NCBI GenBank assembly: GCA_965246755.1
Contig: OZ251979.1
Location: forward strand, 385,970-449,969
Source: Alphaproteobacteria bacterium
GTDB lineage: Bacteria > Pseudomonadota > Alphaproteobacteria > UBA11073
Direction of reading: 5' to 3'
Length of the DNA: 64,000 nucleotides
Position 1 is the stretch's first letter, and every line of letters starts with the position of its first letter. The notes beneath the pieces were generated by a model. That model ran no database searches. It saw only the letters and a program-made list of their open reading frames with translations, and had not been told where the DNA came from. This document shows positions 9,041 through 19,593 of the stretch, in pieces. The position numbers and the translations under genes are program-made.

Positions 9041-9699
9041 TATAGTTTGCGCGCGCACAGCAGGCCGTCACCAATCGGCAGCAGCATCATCTCGACGCGC
9101 GGGTCGGTGGCAATTATAGTGTTGAGCGCGCGCAGCGTATTCACCACCAGCGCGGTATTGTGCGGGTCCGCGACATCGCCATGCCACAGCACATTATCAA
9201 TCATGATCAGGCCGTCTGGGCGCAGCAATTCCAGCGCAGTCTCGTAATACACCGGATAACTGCCTTTATCGGCATCGATAAACACGGCATCAAAACTACC
9301 GGCGCCATATTCAGCTTTAATCTGTGTGAACGTTTCTTTGGCATCACCCAAATGCAAAGTAATCTGGTCAGCAAGACCTGCTGTAGCCCAGGCACGCCTT
9401 GCGATGTCGGCCCATTCGTCATTGATATCGCAACAGATCACGCGCGCATCCGCGGCCGCGCTGGCCAACCACAACGCGCTGTAACCGGTGAACGTACCGA
9501 TTTCTAACATGCGTTTGGCGTTCATGGATTTCAACAGCCAGGCCATGATCTGACCTTGTACCGGATCAATTTGCATCTGCGCTGCCTTGCCCAGGGCCAA
9601 AGTATCTTGGCGTAATTGCGCCATCACCGGCGTTTCGGCCGCGGTTAATTTTTGTAAGTAGTCCTGTAATTGCGGGGTGAGTTTAATATGGCTGCGCAT
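9040..9699 (-). CDS. Class I SAM-dependent O-methyltransferase (caffeoyl-CoA OMT-like)
   Basis: LEIGTFTGYSALWLA...FIDADK...GLIMIDNVLWHG, typical of the O-methyltransferase family 3. Confidence 0.85.
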   Translation of the reverse strand: MRSHIKLTPQLQDYLQKLTAAETPVMAQLRQDTLALGKAAQMQIDPVQGQIMAWLLKSMNAKRMLEIGTFTGYSALWLASAAADARVICCDINDEWADIARRAWATAGLADQITLHLGDAKETFTQIKAEYGAGSFDAVFIDADKGSYPVYYETALELLRPDGLIMIDNVLWHGDVADPHNTALVVNTLRALNTIIATDPRVEMMLLPIGDGLLCARKL

Positions 9700-9726
9700 T
9701 TGCCCGTGTTTTACATGACTTGACCC

Positions 9727-10764
9727 ATGGCCCCAAGCTTTTATTGTGGCGTCATTATGTTGGCCCGTGCGGAAAAACCTATCACTTTATCACCTGTGGA
9801 ACGGTTGGGCGCGCTGTTGGCGGCCGACCTTACCGCTGTGAATGATCTCATTTTGACCCGCATGGGCAGTGATGTGCCGCTGATCCCGCAGATTGCCGGT
9901 TACCTGATTGCCGCGGGTGGCAAGCGCCTGCGGCCGTTACTCACAATCGCGGCTGCGCGATTGGCAGGAGATGTCAGCGCACGCAGCCATCTGCTCGCGG
10001 CGGCGGTGGAATTTATCCACAGCGCCAGCCTCTTGCACGACGATGTGGTGGATGAAGGTGATAAACGCCGCGGCCAGCCATCGGCTAATGCCAAATTCGG
10101 CAACCAGTCATCAGTATTGGTTGGCGACTTCCTCTTCGCGCGCGCCTTTGAACTGATGGTTGAAGACGGCTCGCTCGATGTGTTGCAAATCCTGTCCAAG
10201 GCCTCGACCACCATTACCGAAGGTGAAATTTTGCAGTTGCAGATTGCGGGCGATGTCGATGCAACTGAAGACCAATATTTGAAAGTCATTCATGCCAAAA
10301 CCGCAGCGCTGTTTGCGGCGGCCACTGAAATCGGCCCCATTCTCGCGGGGCAGCCACACTTGCGCCGTGTCTTTCATGATTATGGCTATAACCTTGGCAT
10401 TGCCTTTCAACTGTCTGACGATGTGCTGGATTATACGCGCGCCGATCTGGATTTACATAAAACGCTGGGTAATGATTTTCAGGAAGGCAAGCTGACGCTG
10501 CCGGTGCTGCTGGCAATCCAGGCGGCAAATGCGGACGAAAAAACATTCTGGGCGCGCGTAATCGGCACACCGCAAACGCAAATCCCGGCGGATTTACAAC
10601 AGGCGCAACAGCTCATGCAAAAACATGCTGTATTTACCCGCGCGGTGGCGCGTGCGGCGGATTATGCCGCGGCTGCCAAAACAGCGTTGGCAGCGGCACC
10701 GCCATCACCCATCAAAAATTTGTTGCTCGAGATTGCCGATTATTGCGCAGCGCGGGCGCGGTAG
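9727..10764 (+). CDS. ispB: Polyprenyl (octaprenyl) diphosphate synthase
   Basis: Two Asp-rich motifs, LLHDDVVDE and QLSDDVLD. An alternative start at M11 (9757) is possible. Confidence 0.9.
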   Translation: MAPSFYCGVIMLARAEKPITLSPVERLGALLAADLTAVNDLILTRMGSDVPLIPQIAGYLIAAGGKRLRPLLTIAAARLAGDVSARSHLLAAAVEFIHSASLLHDDVVDEGDKRRGQPSANAKFGNQSSVLVGDFLFARAFELMVEDGSLDVLQILSKASTTITEGEILQLQIAGDVDATEDQYLKVIHAKTAALFAAATEIGPILAGQPHLRRVFHDYGYNLGIAFQLSDDVLDYTRADLDLHKTLGNDFQEGKLTLPVLLAIQAANADEKTFWARVIGTPQTQIPADLQQAQQLMQKHAVFTRAVARAADYAAAAKTALAAAPPSPIKNLLLEIADYCAARAR

Positions 10765-10872
10765 AAGCCAGAGATGAGACGCAAGATGCGAGATATAATA
10801 TTTGCTCCTTTCACAGGCAAATTATTACGTTTTTTATTTATCTCGCTTCTCGTCACTAGCCTCTCGCCTCTT
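10764..10872. repeat. Imperfect purine-arm / pyrimidine-arm inverted repeat overlapping the start of the next CDS
   Basis: GAAGCCAGAGATGAGACGCAAGATGCGAGATA (10764-10795) pairs with TATCTCGCTTCTCGTCACTAGCCTCTCGCCTCTT (10839-10872). The inner 8 bp (GCGAGATA/TATCTCGC) are perfect and the rest is imperfect. Confidence 0.6.
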
Positions 10873-11328
10873 TGCGCGCATGCCGATGATCCGCAATTGA
10901 TTGGCGTCTACAAAAATTGGAATGCTTACCGCGCAAAGGAAGATGGCGGCGTAGTATGTTACGCCTTGTCCAAACGGCTGGCCCCCAAAACCAAAGACAA
11001 AATATTCAAACACCGTGGCCAGGTGATGCTGCAGGTCACCAACCGCCCGGCCGACAATTCACGCAATGTTATTTCCTATGTCGCGGGACACAGTTTGAAA
11101 GCCGCCGATGGCGTGACGTTATTCATCGACAAACAAAAATTCAGTTTAAAAGCCAGCGGTGACAGCGCCTGGGCCAAGGACAGCGCCGATGATGCGGCAG
11201 TCACCAAGGCTATCCGCGGCGGCCACAGCATGTATGTGACACATGCCTATAAAAAACAAACCATCACCGATATGTTTTCACCGGCCGGTGCCAGCGCGGC
11301 TATCGACGCAATTGGCAATTGTAAATAA
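10774..11328 (+). CDS. Secreted protein, invasion-associated locus B (IalB)-like
   Basis: Signal peptide ...LSPLCAHA|DD. The length and the WNAYRAKEDGGVVCYALS segment resemble IalB-family proteins. Confidence 0.45.
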   Translation: MRRKMRDIIFAPFTGKLLRFLFISLLVTSLSPLCAHADDPQLIGVYKNWNAYRAKEDGGVVCYALSKRLAPKTKDKIFKHRGQVMLQVTNRPADNSRNVISYVAGHSLKAADGVTLFIDKQKFSLKASGDSAWAKDSADDAAVTKAIRGGHSMYVTHAYKKQTITDMFSPAGASAAIDAIGNCK

Positions 11329-11329
11329 A

Positions 11330-12547
11330 TTATTTCTCTACCCCAAAAAATTCCAGCTGCCATTGCATTTCCGCTTCGGTTTGCGGAAAGCTATCGCCGG
11401 CGTCTTTGGGATACAGCAATTGCCGCGGCGCGATTTGCCCCAATTTGCTGCGTTGCAATTGCAGCCCAAACCGCGGTGATAAATTGGCACGCCAAGCGAT
11501 GGCCATAATCCCTTTGGCGCTGTGCGCCTCAAAGATTTTTTGCACAATCGGCTGCGGTACCTTGGCCAACACCGCAATTGCAGCGGTCACAAAATCATGA
11601 TCATCAACCGCCAGCGCATCGCCAATTTCGGTATCGTTCAACTTGCCTTCTTTCAGCAACCGCTTGGCAAATTCAAACTGGCTTTCACCTTTTTTAGCTT
11701 CATTGACGCGTTTGACGCGGCGCGACACGCTTTCATGCACTTCAACTAACGTGGCGGCATCCAGCTCCTCACTTTTTTCCAACACATTAAGTACGCTGCG
11801 TTCGACAAAATTTTCAATTTTATCGGCGACAGTTTCCGGTAAGTTTTTGCGCAGTGATAATGCTGCGCGCAATGCCTGTACATTTTCTGCCTGGCGCATA
11901 ATGGTTTGAAAGGTTTCGACAGCGATCTGTGCGGTTTCATTCCCCAGCAAAGTCATGGTGGTATCCGCATCATCAATATTGACCAGGGCCCCCGAAATCG
12001 TGTTGGAAATATTAGCGCGCCCGGCAATAGCCACCAGCCGCCAGGTAACCGGATTGCGCATGATGATTTCGAGCAGATCGGCGTCTGACAGCGCCGCGCA
12101 AAACCGCAAAATCGGCTCCGCCACCAAACGCTCGACGTCTGCGGCCAGTTTGCGCGCCACATGTGGCGGCGTCCCGGCATATTCCGCCAGGGCGGCGGAC
12201 AGCGCGGCGCGCACCGCGGTAATTTGGTCTTCGACAATAATTTCAATCGTATCCACGGTCAGCTGATGGAGCAAACTTTGCGCGCCTTCATCCAGATGCG
12301 GTAACAACCGCGCGATCTTGGCCGCATTGGCCTGGCGTACTTCCAGATGCGCATCCTTTGCCAAAAGTTGAGCGGCGTGAATGGGCGAGGCCGGGTTGTT
12401 GGCAACTGCCAGGCGCACATCCTGGTCCGGATCGCCTGCCATGTAATAGAGAATTTCGGGGGGCGTATCGGGCGAGGCCGCGGCCTTTAAGCGGTCGCTG
12501 GGCTTTTCGCTCATCATCAGGCGTTTGGCAATTTCGTAATCCATCAT
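11330..12547 (-). CDS. DUF2336-like helical-repeat protein
   Basis: 405 aa, HEAT-like helical repeats (...DVRLAVANNPASP...), a family common in alphaproteobacteria. Called from memory only. Confidence 0.45.
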   Translation of the reverse strand: MMDYEIAKRLMMSEKPSDRLKAAASPDTPPEILYYMAGDPDQDVRLAVANNPASPIHAAQLLAKDAHLEVRQANAAKIARLLPHLDEGAQSLLHQLTVDTIEIIVEDQITAVRAALSAALAEYAGTPPHVARKLAADVERLVAEPILRFCAALSDADLLEIIMRNPVTWRLVAIAGRANISNTISGALVNIDDADTTMTLLGNETAQIAVETFQTIMRQAENVQALRAALSLRKNLPETVADKIENFVERSVLNVLEKSEELDAATLVEVHESVSRRVKRVNEAKKGESQFEFAKRLLKEGKLNDTEIGDALAVDDHDFVTAAIAVLAKVPQPIVQKIFEAHSAKGIMAIAWRANLSPRFGLQLQRSKLGQIAPRQLLYPKDAGDSFPQTEAEMQWQLEFFGVEK

Positions 12548-13641
12548 GACTCTCCAAAGTTGCCAAGATACGACGCCGACTGCATCTCCAGCAAGCGGCT
12601 AACCGTACGTTCGAATTCAAAGGCCTGCCGTCCGTCTGCATACAATCGCAGGGTCGGCGCGTCAGCAGACATTACCAATTTTACTTTGGCTTCGTACAAT
12701 GCATCAATCAGCGTCATTAGGCGCTTGACTTCATTGCGCAGTTCATCACTCAGGCGCGGTACATTGGCAAGGAATACCACTTGCGCCATTTTCGCCAGCG
12801 CCAAATAATCCGGCGCACCGCGCGCCGCCGCACAGGCATCAGCAAAATCCAGCCAGACGATACCCTTCGCTGCACGCGGAATGATCCAGTAACGTCCGCC
12901 AAGATTGAGTGAGAGCGGCGTGATTGTAGCATCTTGCGTTAAATTATTGAACAGCGTGATCATTTGCTGTTGGGCATAATGGCCCAACGGCGCATAATAG
13001 ACTGGGAGACTGTTCAGCCGCGCGAGCCGGTAGTCCGTAGGACTGGCAAGATGCAACACCTGCATGCGGCGTTTAAGTTCGGCGATGAACGGCAGGAAAC
13101 GGTCACGTTGCAGCCCGTCTTTATACAGCTCATCCGGCGCCCAGTTGGAGGTGGCGACAATCACAACGTTATTCTGCCACAGCGCATCGAACAGCCGCCT
13201 CAATAACATGGCATCCGCGATATCGACGACATGGAATTCATCAAAACAGAGCAGGCTGGCTTCGCGTGCCAGCTTGGCGGCAAAGTCCGCCAGCGCATTA
13301 TCCACCGCCTCACCGCGGGTTACCTGGCGGCGTTGGTGCAGATAGGCATGCAGCTCCAGCATAAAGGGGTGGAAATGTACGCGACGTTTGCGCGCGACTG
13401 GTGCCGCGTTATAAAACAAATCCATCAGCCAGGATTTGCCGCGCCCGACGCCGCCATAGATGTAAATGCCACGATGACAGACGTTCGGTTTTTTCCAGAA
13501 CTGCCAGGCGGGCGGTGCCTTATAATCCGCCAAGTCCTGCGCGAGATTTTGCAAAGCCGCTGCGACCACCGCCTGCGCGGGGTCGGGCCGCGCCTGACCG
13601 CTCGCCACCAATTGATGGTATTGCGTGATGAAATCCGTCAT
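12544..13641 (-). CDS. zapE: Cell division protein ZapE (AFG1-like ATPase)
   Basis: Walker A GGVGRGKSWLMD, Walker B LLCFDEFHV, and typical length. Confidence 0.9.
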   Translation of the reverse strand: MTDFITQYHQLVASGQARPDPAQAVVAAALQNLAQDLADYKAPPAWQFWKKPNVCHRGIYIYGGVGRGKSWLMDLFYNAAPVARKRRVHFHPFMLELHAYLHQRRQVTRGEAVDNALADFAAKLAREASLLCFDEFHVVDIADAMLLRRLFDALWQNNVVIVATSNWAPDELYKDGLQRDRFLPFIAELKRRMQVLHLASPTDYRLARLNSLPVYYAPLGHYAQQQMITLFNNLTQDATITPLSLNLGGRYWIIPRAAKGIVWLDFADACAAARGAPDYLALAKMAQVVFLANVPRLSDELRNEVKRLMTLIDALYEAKVKLVMSADAPTLRLYADGRQAFEFERTVSRLLEMQSASYLGNFGES

Positions 13642-14477
13642 GCTGACAGCGCATCCGCCAGTTTGAATTGCGCACTACCGCGTGTGAGCGGTTGTTGCTG
13701 GCTTGCCGCCGGACGCCAACCTGCCAGGTAAATAATGTTAAATGTTGCAGTGATGCCCGTCGGGCTGGCAAACATCTGCATATAGATTTCCGCAGCACGT
13801 AAAAATACCGCGCGCGGCGTAAAGTTTTTGCGCCGTGCTAACAACGCGCTGGATAAGCCTGCGCCGCGCAGATCGCGCAACAATGCAAACATGTCTGGGT
13901 ATTCGACTGTGACTATATCATGATCTGCCACCGGTAGTGCAAAACCGGCACGTTGCAATAAGCCTGCCGCGCTTGGTACATCAATCATCGGTGCGACACG
14001 GGGTGAGACGCCACCGGTAATTTCGTCTTCCGCCTGGGCCAGGCAATGGCGCAATTCCTGTAATGTCTCGCCGCCTAGTAACGCACCCAAAAACAAGCTG
14101 TCTGGTTTGAGCGCGCGGCCCAGCTGCAACAGCGCGCCCGGCACATCATTGACCTGTGCCAAATTCAGTGCCGATAGGATAATGTCAAACGCAACCTCAC
14201 GCAGGGGTACATATTCGTCATCCATAATCAGCTGTGCCGCAGGGTGCCAATGATTTTCCGTATGGTATAAATGGCTGATTTTTTGTGTATTTGTAAAAAC
14301 TGTTGCTTGATCGGCAAGCCCGATGGCACAGCCGGTTTCAAACCCGCGTGCGATATCCTGCAACCGCTCCGCCAGATTATCCGCAATCATGCCGGACAGG
14401 AAAAACGGCTGCTGGCGGCGCGTTTGCCGCTGGCGCAATAACGCGCGATCAAAAATCAGGCTTGGGGGTTCGGTCAT
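13638..14477 (-). CDS. SAM-dependent methyltransferase (BioC-like fold)
   Basis: The start is set at MTEPPSLIFDRALLRQRQ (ATG at 14477). The longer ORF to 14909 overlaps comF on the other strand. The stop overlaps the zapE start (ATGA). Confidence 0.7.
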   Translation of the reverse strand: MTEPPSLIFDRALLRQRQTRRQQPFFLSGMIADNLAERLQDIARGFETGCAIGLADQATVFTNTQKISHLYHTENHWHPAAQLIMDDEYVPLREVAFDIILSALNLAQVNDVPGALLQLGRALKPDSLFLGALLGGETLQELRHCLAQAEDEITGGVSPRVAPMIDVPSAAGLLQRAGFALPVADHDIVTVEYPDMFALLRDLRGAGLSSALLARRKNFTPRAVFLRAAEIYMQMFASPTGITATFNIIYLAGWRPAASQQQPLTRGSAQFKLADALSA

Positions 14478-14498
14478 GCTTAAGGTAGATATAGGTGG

Positions 14499-15239
14499 AT
14501 GCGCCACCCCTTGCCAGCCTTTATCATACATGCCACGCGGGCCGCGCTGGATATTATCCTGCCACACCAGTGTTTGAATTGCCGTGTATTGGTTGGCAGT
14601 GCCAGAACCGTTTGTGCCGCCTGCTGGTCGGTTTTGGAATTTATCGCACCGCCGTTTTGCCAAACTTGCGGTATACCGCTGCCGCATGACATGGGCGCGG
14701 ATATAACCTGTGGCGCCTGTCTGGCGCAGCCACCCGCCTATGATACGGCGCGTGCCGCGCTGACCTATAACGATGGCAGCCGCAGCATGATTTTGAAATT
14801 CAAACATGGCGATGCTTTGCATTTGGCACCCGCCTTTGCTGAATGGATGCAACGCGCCGGTTCCGTTCTGTTGGCCGAGACGGATATTATTACACCCGTG
14901 CCATTGCATTGGCGGCGGTTGGCGCTGCGCCGCTATAACCAGGCCGCGCTACTGGCCGCGCGTTTGGGCAGAGCGACACAAACGACTGTTATTCTTGATC
15001 TGCTGGAACGGCGTAAAGCCACGCCGTCACAGGGCCAGCGCAACCGCGCCGCGCGGCTGCAGAATGTCAAAGGTGCTTTTCAGGTGAAGCCAGCGCACGC
15101 CGCCCGCGTCAAGGGACAACGCATTTTGCTGATTGATGATGTGATGACAACCGGCGCCACGGTTAACGAATGTGCCGCCGCCTTGAAAAAATCCGGTGCA
15201 GCGGCGGTGAATATCCTGACCATTGCCCGCGTGGTTTAA
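14499..15239 (+). CDS. comF: ComF family protein (phosphoribosyltransferase domain)
   Basis: N-terminal Cys pairs (CLNC...CAAC...CQTCG) and a PRTase motif ILLIDDVMTTGAT. Confidence 0.85.
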   Translation: MRHPLPAFIIHATRAALDIILPHQCLNCRVLVGSARTVCAACWSVLEFIAPPFCQTCGIPLPHDMGADITCGACLAQPPAYDTARAALTYNDGSRSMILKFKHGDALHLAPAFAEWMQRAGSVLLAETDIITPVPLHWRRLALRRYNQAALLAARLGRATQTTVILDLLERRKATPSQGQRNRAARLQNVKGAFQVKPAHAARVKGQRILLIDDVMTTGATVNECAAALKKSGAAAVNILTIARVV

Positions 15240-16148
15240 TCAGCGCGCCCGGGGATGCGCGGCATTAAACACAGTCATGAGTTTTTCATTATCGACCGCG
15301 GTATAGCGTTGCGTAGTGGATAGTGACGCATGTCCCAGTAATTCCTGAATGGTGCGTAAATCACCGCCATGCGCCAGAATATGCGTGGCAAAGGAATGCC
15401 GCAAGGCATGCGGCGTCGCGGTTTGCGGCAGCCCGAAGGCCGTGCGTAATTGGCGCGTGGTGCGCTGCAGGTGCGTTTGCGACAGTGCGGTGCCGCGCGT
15501 ATTAACGAACAGCGGACGTTTCGGTTCCGCCGCATATGGGCAGTCATCCAAATATTGTTGCAGCGCCGCGCGGATGTTTGGCAACAGCGGCACCACGCGC
15601 TGTTTGTTGCTTTTGCCGGTAATTGTCAGCAGTTCGTTATTGAGTGCGTCACAGGTCAGCGATAATGCCTCACTGATCCGCAGGCCCGCGCCATACAGCA
15701 GCATTAATAGCGCATAATCGCGTTGGCCATCCCAGCGATTGACGTCGATTGCCATCAGCAAGGTTTGCGCATCGGTTTCAGATAATGGTTTGGGGAGGAG
15801 GCGCGGCAGTTTCGGGCCGCGCACAAAACCGATTGACGCATTGTGCAGCCGTCCGGTTTTATCCAGCCATTTAAAAAAGTTTTTGATGCCGGACAGATTG
15901 CGTGCACGCGACGCGGCAATGGCGCCGTCCTTGGCCCGCGCCGCGAGCCAGGCGCGAAAATCCGGCAGTTGCGCCGCACTCAAATCCGTCAACGATGGCG
16001 GGGCGCCATGATAATCCGTTAGAAATTCGATAAACAAATCCACATCATGCTGATAGGCGCGCAGCGTATGCGGCGACAGATTTTTTTGGGTAAGAGAATC
16101 TTGCCAGTTGGTTAATGCTACTTCTAAGTCTGCTGCCACGCTAACCAT
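15240..16148 (-). CDS. xerC: Tyrosine recombinase XerC
   Basis: HALRHSFATHIL...LLGHASLSTTQRYT catalytic region, with a DUF484 gene upstream. The start is set at ATG 16148. Confidence 0.85.
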   Translation of the reverse strand: MVSVAADLEVALTNWQDSLTQKNLSPHTLRAYQHDVDLFIEFLTDYHGAPPSLTDLSAAQLPDFRAWLAARAKDGAIAASRARNLSGIKNFFKWLDKTGRLHNASIGFVRGPKLPRLLPKPLSETDAQTLLMAIDVNRWDGQRDYALLMLLYGAGLRISEALSLTCDALNNELLTITGKSNKQRVVPLLPNIRAALQQYLDDCPYAAEPKRPLFVNTRGTALSQTHLQRTTRQLRTAFGLPQTATPHALRHSFATHILAHGGDLRTIQELLGHASLSTTQRYTAVDNEKLMTVFNAAHPRAR

Positions 16149-16545
16149 GCATAACCTGATTAAAGCGTAGCAAATAACCATCTGGGTCTTGCAAGATAAA
16201 CTGCAGCAAATGGCTCGTGTTGTTTTTTACAACGTAAGTCTTTTCCCACATATCTTTAAATATTTTAAAATTGTTGGTTTGGCAAATTTGATAAATAGCT
16301 TTGACATCGCTAACCTCAATTTGAAAATTGACACCACGCCCAAACGGCAATTCCATTTCTCCAGTTAACCAGCTCGTAGTATCAAACTCTTCCAGCATTA
16401 ATTGCGCACCTTCGCAATTTAGGAACGCAAATTTTTCAGCTGCGCGTTCATATACAATATTAAAGCCAATTATTTGATAAAAATTTAAACTGGCGGCAAT
16501 GTTGGTGACATATAGTTCTGGAATAAGACGGTTAAATTTAACCAT
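16141..16545 (-). CDS. VOC (glyoxalase / bleomycin-resistance) family protein
   Basis: IPELYVTNIAASLNFY...GAQLMLEE pattern. It is visibly AT-richer and wedged between DUF484 and xerC with 8-nt overlaps at both ends. Confidence 0.7.
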   Translation of the reverse strand: MVKFNRLIPELYVTNIAASLNFYQIIGFNIVYERAAEKFAFLNCEGAQLMLEEFDTTSWLTGEMELPFGRGVNFQIEVSDVKAIYQICQTNNFKIFKDMWEKTYVVKNNTSHLLQFILQDPDGYLLRFNQVMHG

Positions 16546-17245
16546 TAAACTCTAACCAAAAGCGCAAAGACCGCTCCACCGCGCGGGCCATGAATAGCAC
16601 CAGTTCCGTGCCGTGCATTTCCTGGAATAATAGCGGGTCACGGCTGCCAAGGGCGAGCATGCCAAGCGGCACATCTTCAGCCACTTCGAGCCGCAGTAGT
16701 AATTGCGATTTAACCAATGGCGCCGCGGGGCCAAACACAATCGGGTCGCCAACAATATTGCTGTCCAGCATCACGGCGTTATCTTCCAGCCAATATTCCG
16801 TCATGCCGGTCTGGACGATGCGGATGCCGAGTTTTTGCAATTCCGGCTGGATGGGATTATCAGATTCAATCATGATCGACACCGCATCGACATCAAAGAT
16901 GCTAACAAAATCATGCAGGATAATTTGCGTGAGGTCGGAAAAACTGACCGCCTCCATCAATAACAGCACGGCCTGGTGGATGCGGTTTAAATTATGCAAA
17001 TTGGCGCGCGAGTTGGAAATGAGTTCACGCTGCTGGGTTTTCAGCCAGTCATAATTGGCCTGCAGCCGCTTCAGCATAAAATCCTGAAAATTGACAATTT
17101 TCTTGCCGGTGCGTTCCTCAGGCGGCGTCAGCGCCTCCAATAACTCCGGATGTTCAATTAAAAAATTCGGTCGCCCGCGCAAAAACGCCACGATATCGTC
17201 GGGTTTTAAATCGGCAGTTTCGGTGGCGGTAGCGGGTACATTCAT
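16538..17245 (-). CDS. DUF484 family protein
   Basis: 235 aa. N-terminal ...VAFLRGRPNFLIEHPELLEAL plus a GAF-like C-terminus. It is the usual neighbour of xerC. Confidence 0.7.
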   Translation of the reverse strand: MNVPATATETADLKPDDIVAFLRGRPNFLIEHPELLEALTPPEERTGKKIVNFQDFMLKRLQANYDWLKTQQRELISNSRANLHNLNRIHQAVLLLMEAVSFSDLTQIILHDFVSIFDVDAVSIMIESDNPIQPELQKLGIRIVQTGMTEYWLEDNAVMLDSNIVGDPIVFGPAAPLVKSQLLLRLEVAEDVPLGMLALGSRDPLLFQEMHGTELVLFMARAVERSLRFWLEFNG

Positions 17246-17313
17246 AATGCCGCCAGTAAATCTGACTCGGGGACAGCCGATAAGCCGATTCGTAAGCGTT
17301 TTAGATAGTCATT

Positions 17314-17967
17314 TTAAATTGTCTGGCCCGACTTTTGCCAATCGGCGAGAAAACCGGCCAGACCCTTGTCGGTCAAGGGATGGTTAAACAGCTGTTTCAA
17401 AACCGCTGGCGGCATGGTTGCGACATCGGCGCCCAGTTTGGCGCATTCCAGAATATGCACGGGATGGCGGATGGAGGCCGCCAAGACCTGCGTTGCAAAA
17501 TCATAATTACTGTAAACCTCAATAATTTCGGCAATGAGATGCAGCCCGTCGGTGCCGGTATCATCCAGCCGCCCGATAAAGGGCGAGATATAGGTCGCGC
17601 CGGCCTTCGCCGCCAACAGCGCCTGGTTCGCCGAAAAACACAAGGTCACATTGGTTTGAATGCCCTGGTCGGTAAATGTTTTGCAGGCGCGAATACCATC
17701 ATAGGTCAGCGGCAGTTTAACGACGACATTGGTCGCAATCTCGGCCAGTTTATGCCCTTCCTTCATGATATTGGCATAATCGGTCGAAACCACCTCGGCG
17801 CTGACCGGGCCTTCGGTCACGCGGCAAATGTCAGCAATCAGTTCAACAAAGCTTTTGACACCTGATTTGGCGACCAGCGATGGGTTGGTGGTGACGCCGT
17901 CCAACAGGCCAGCCTCGGCCAGTTCTTTAATTTCATTCAAATCAGCAGTGTCGATAAAGAATTTCAT
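17314..17967 (-). CDS. Fructose-6-phosphate aldolase / short transaldolase
   Basis: [15 protein letters not shown]...GVTTNPSL signature, 217 aa. Confidence 0.9.
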   Translation of the reverse strand: MKFFIDTADLNEIKELAEAGLLDGVTTNPSLVAKSGVKSFVELIADICRVTEGPVSAEVVSTDYANIMKEGHKLAEIATNVVVKLPLTYDGIRACKTFTDQGIQTNVTLCFSANQALLAAKAGATYISPFIGRLDDTGTDGLHLIAEIIEVYSNYDFATQVLAASIRHPVHILECAKLGADVATMPPAVLKQLFNHPLTDKGLAGFLADWQKSGQTI

Positions 17968-19151
17968 GCGGTGATGTCCTTGATTTTTGCTTTGTTCAGC
18001 AGGTTACTTGTTAACGTATTTAAACAGCGCAGGCCAGAGGCAGTGGCGCCAAAATGCGTCGCGGTTTTCCATAATAAATCTTCATCGTAATAGGGCTGCA
18101 GCGTGGCGGTGGGCCATAATTCTTCAAAACTTTGGCCAGTCATGTCAGTTAACCTTGTAATAGAAATTCCCTCCACCAATCGCAAATTCATCAGCAGGAA
18201 TTCATCAAACTGGTCACGGGGCGGAATGGGCTTTAATGGATGCAAGCCATGGCCATGCTGTGCGACGCGTTCCAAATAAATCTGCGGCGCACGATGCGCA
18301 GTGGTGGCAAACTTTTGGCCGTCAAGCGTCGTGACGCGGCCATGCGCGCCGGGGCCGATACCAGCAAAATCCTCATACCGCCAATAGGTCAGGTTATGTC
18401 GCGACTCCTGGCCGGACCTGGCATGATTGGAAATCTCATACATTGGCAAACCGGCGGCGCTGGTTAACTCTTGCGTCAATTCAAACAGGTCGGCCGCCAG
18501 CTGTTCATCTGGAATTTGAAACTCGCCGCGCTTGTGCCGCATATAAAACGGCGTGCCCTGTTCTATTGTAAGTTGATACAGCGACAGGTGATCGGTGCCA
18601 CGCGCCAGCGCCGTGCGCAGTTCCTGTTCCCAGCTGTCTAACGTTTGGCCCGGCAGCGCATAAATCAAATCAAAGGTCATCCGCTCAAAATATTTTTGCC
18701 CGATGTCGAGCGCGGCCTGTGCCTCATGCGCACTATGTTCGCGGCCTAAAAACTTCAAATCACTATCAATGAAAGATTGAATGCCAATCGAAACGCGGTT
18801 GACGCCCGCCGCCGCAAATTCCTTAAACTTTTCTGCTTCGATACTGGTCGGGTTAGCCTCCAGCGTGATTTCAATGTCGGGCGTAAAGCCCCAGTGTTTT
18901 TGCAGATGGTTGATGATGGCCTCAACTGTTTGCGGCTGCATCAGGCTCGGGGTGCCACCGCCAAAAAAAATCGAGCTGACTGGCCGCGCGCCGACCAGCG
19001 TTTGAAAATGATCAATTTCTTTAAGGTAAGATTGCGCCCATTGTGCATGGTCGATGTTGTTGCCGAGGTGCGAATTAAAATCGCAATAGGGGCACAGGCT
19101 TTTGCAAAACGGCCAATGCACATAGACGCCGATGGGTTTATTATTTGTCAT
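17964..19151 (-). CDS. hemW: Radical SAM heme chaperone HemW (HemN-like)
   Basis: [16 protein letters not shown] radical SAM CxxxCxxC motif, 395 aa. Confidence 0.9.
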   Translation of the reverse strand: MTNNKPIGVYVHWPFCKSLCPYCDFNSHLGNNIDHAQWAQSYLKEIDHFQTLVGARPVSSIFFGGGTPSLMQPQTVEAIINHLQKHWGFTPDIEITLEANPTSIEAEKFKEFAAAGVNRVSIGIQSFIDSDLKFLGREHSAHEAQAALDIGQKYFERMTFDLIYALPGQTLDSWEQELRTALARGTDHLSLYQLTIEQGTPFYMRHKRGEFQIPDEQLAADLFELTQELTSAAGLPMYEISNHARSGQESRHNLTYWRYEDFAGIGPGAHGRVTTLDGQKFATTAHRAPQIYLERVAQHGHGLHPLKPIPPRDQFDEFLLMNLRLVEGISITRLTDMTGQSFEELWPTATLQPYYDEDLLWKTATHFGATASGLRCLNTLTSNLLNKAKIKDITA

Positions 19152-19185
19152 TTGAGTTTAAAGACATATCGCTTATGATAAAATA

Positions 19186-19593
19186 ATGAAAGCAAAACGC
19201 GAAGATTTTGAAATTTGGGATACACCCTTTGTGCATGGTGAAATTAACATAATTTCGATTGAACATGGATTTGGCAGTTACGCTGTGCCGAGTGGTTCTA
19301 ACAATATACATGGTTTAAAGATTACAATTTTTGATAGTAATTCAGAAAAATATTATGAGATTACAAATACTGATCCTATGTTGGCTTATCGCGTTATCGA
19401 CGAACTTAATTACGGCGAGGGCTGGGGCGGAATGATGTTTGAAAGCACGAGCTGGAAGTTTTCTGGTGGTTACTGGGCAGAAGAATGTCCTGTACTATCT
19501 CATCATGGATTAAGGTATCTTGTTCTTTCTGATCACTACAATGTAGAAATTTTTACATCACGTGAGCCAAAAATACGCGAAGCAACTTTTTAA
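19186..19593 (+). CDS. Hypothetical protein (AT-richer orphan)
   Basis: 135-aa ORF on the opposite strand, between hemW and rdgB. No recognisable motifs. Confidence 0.45.
   Translation: MKAKREDFEIWDTPFVHGEINIISIEHGFGSYAVPSGSNNIHGLKITIFDSNSEKYYEITNTDPMLAYRVIDELNYGEGWGGMMFESTSWKFSGGYWAEECPVLSHHGLRYLVLSDHYNVEIFTSREPKIREATF

Noticed and set aside
13638-14909. 423-aa ORF as listed in the track
   Set aside because: The N-terminal 144 codons overlap comF on the opposite strand and look like GC-rich shadow sequence. The methyltransferase-like sequence begins at MTEPPS (ATG at 14477), so the gene was shortened.
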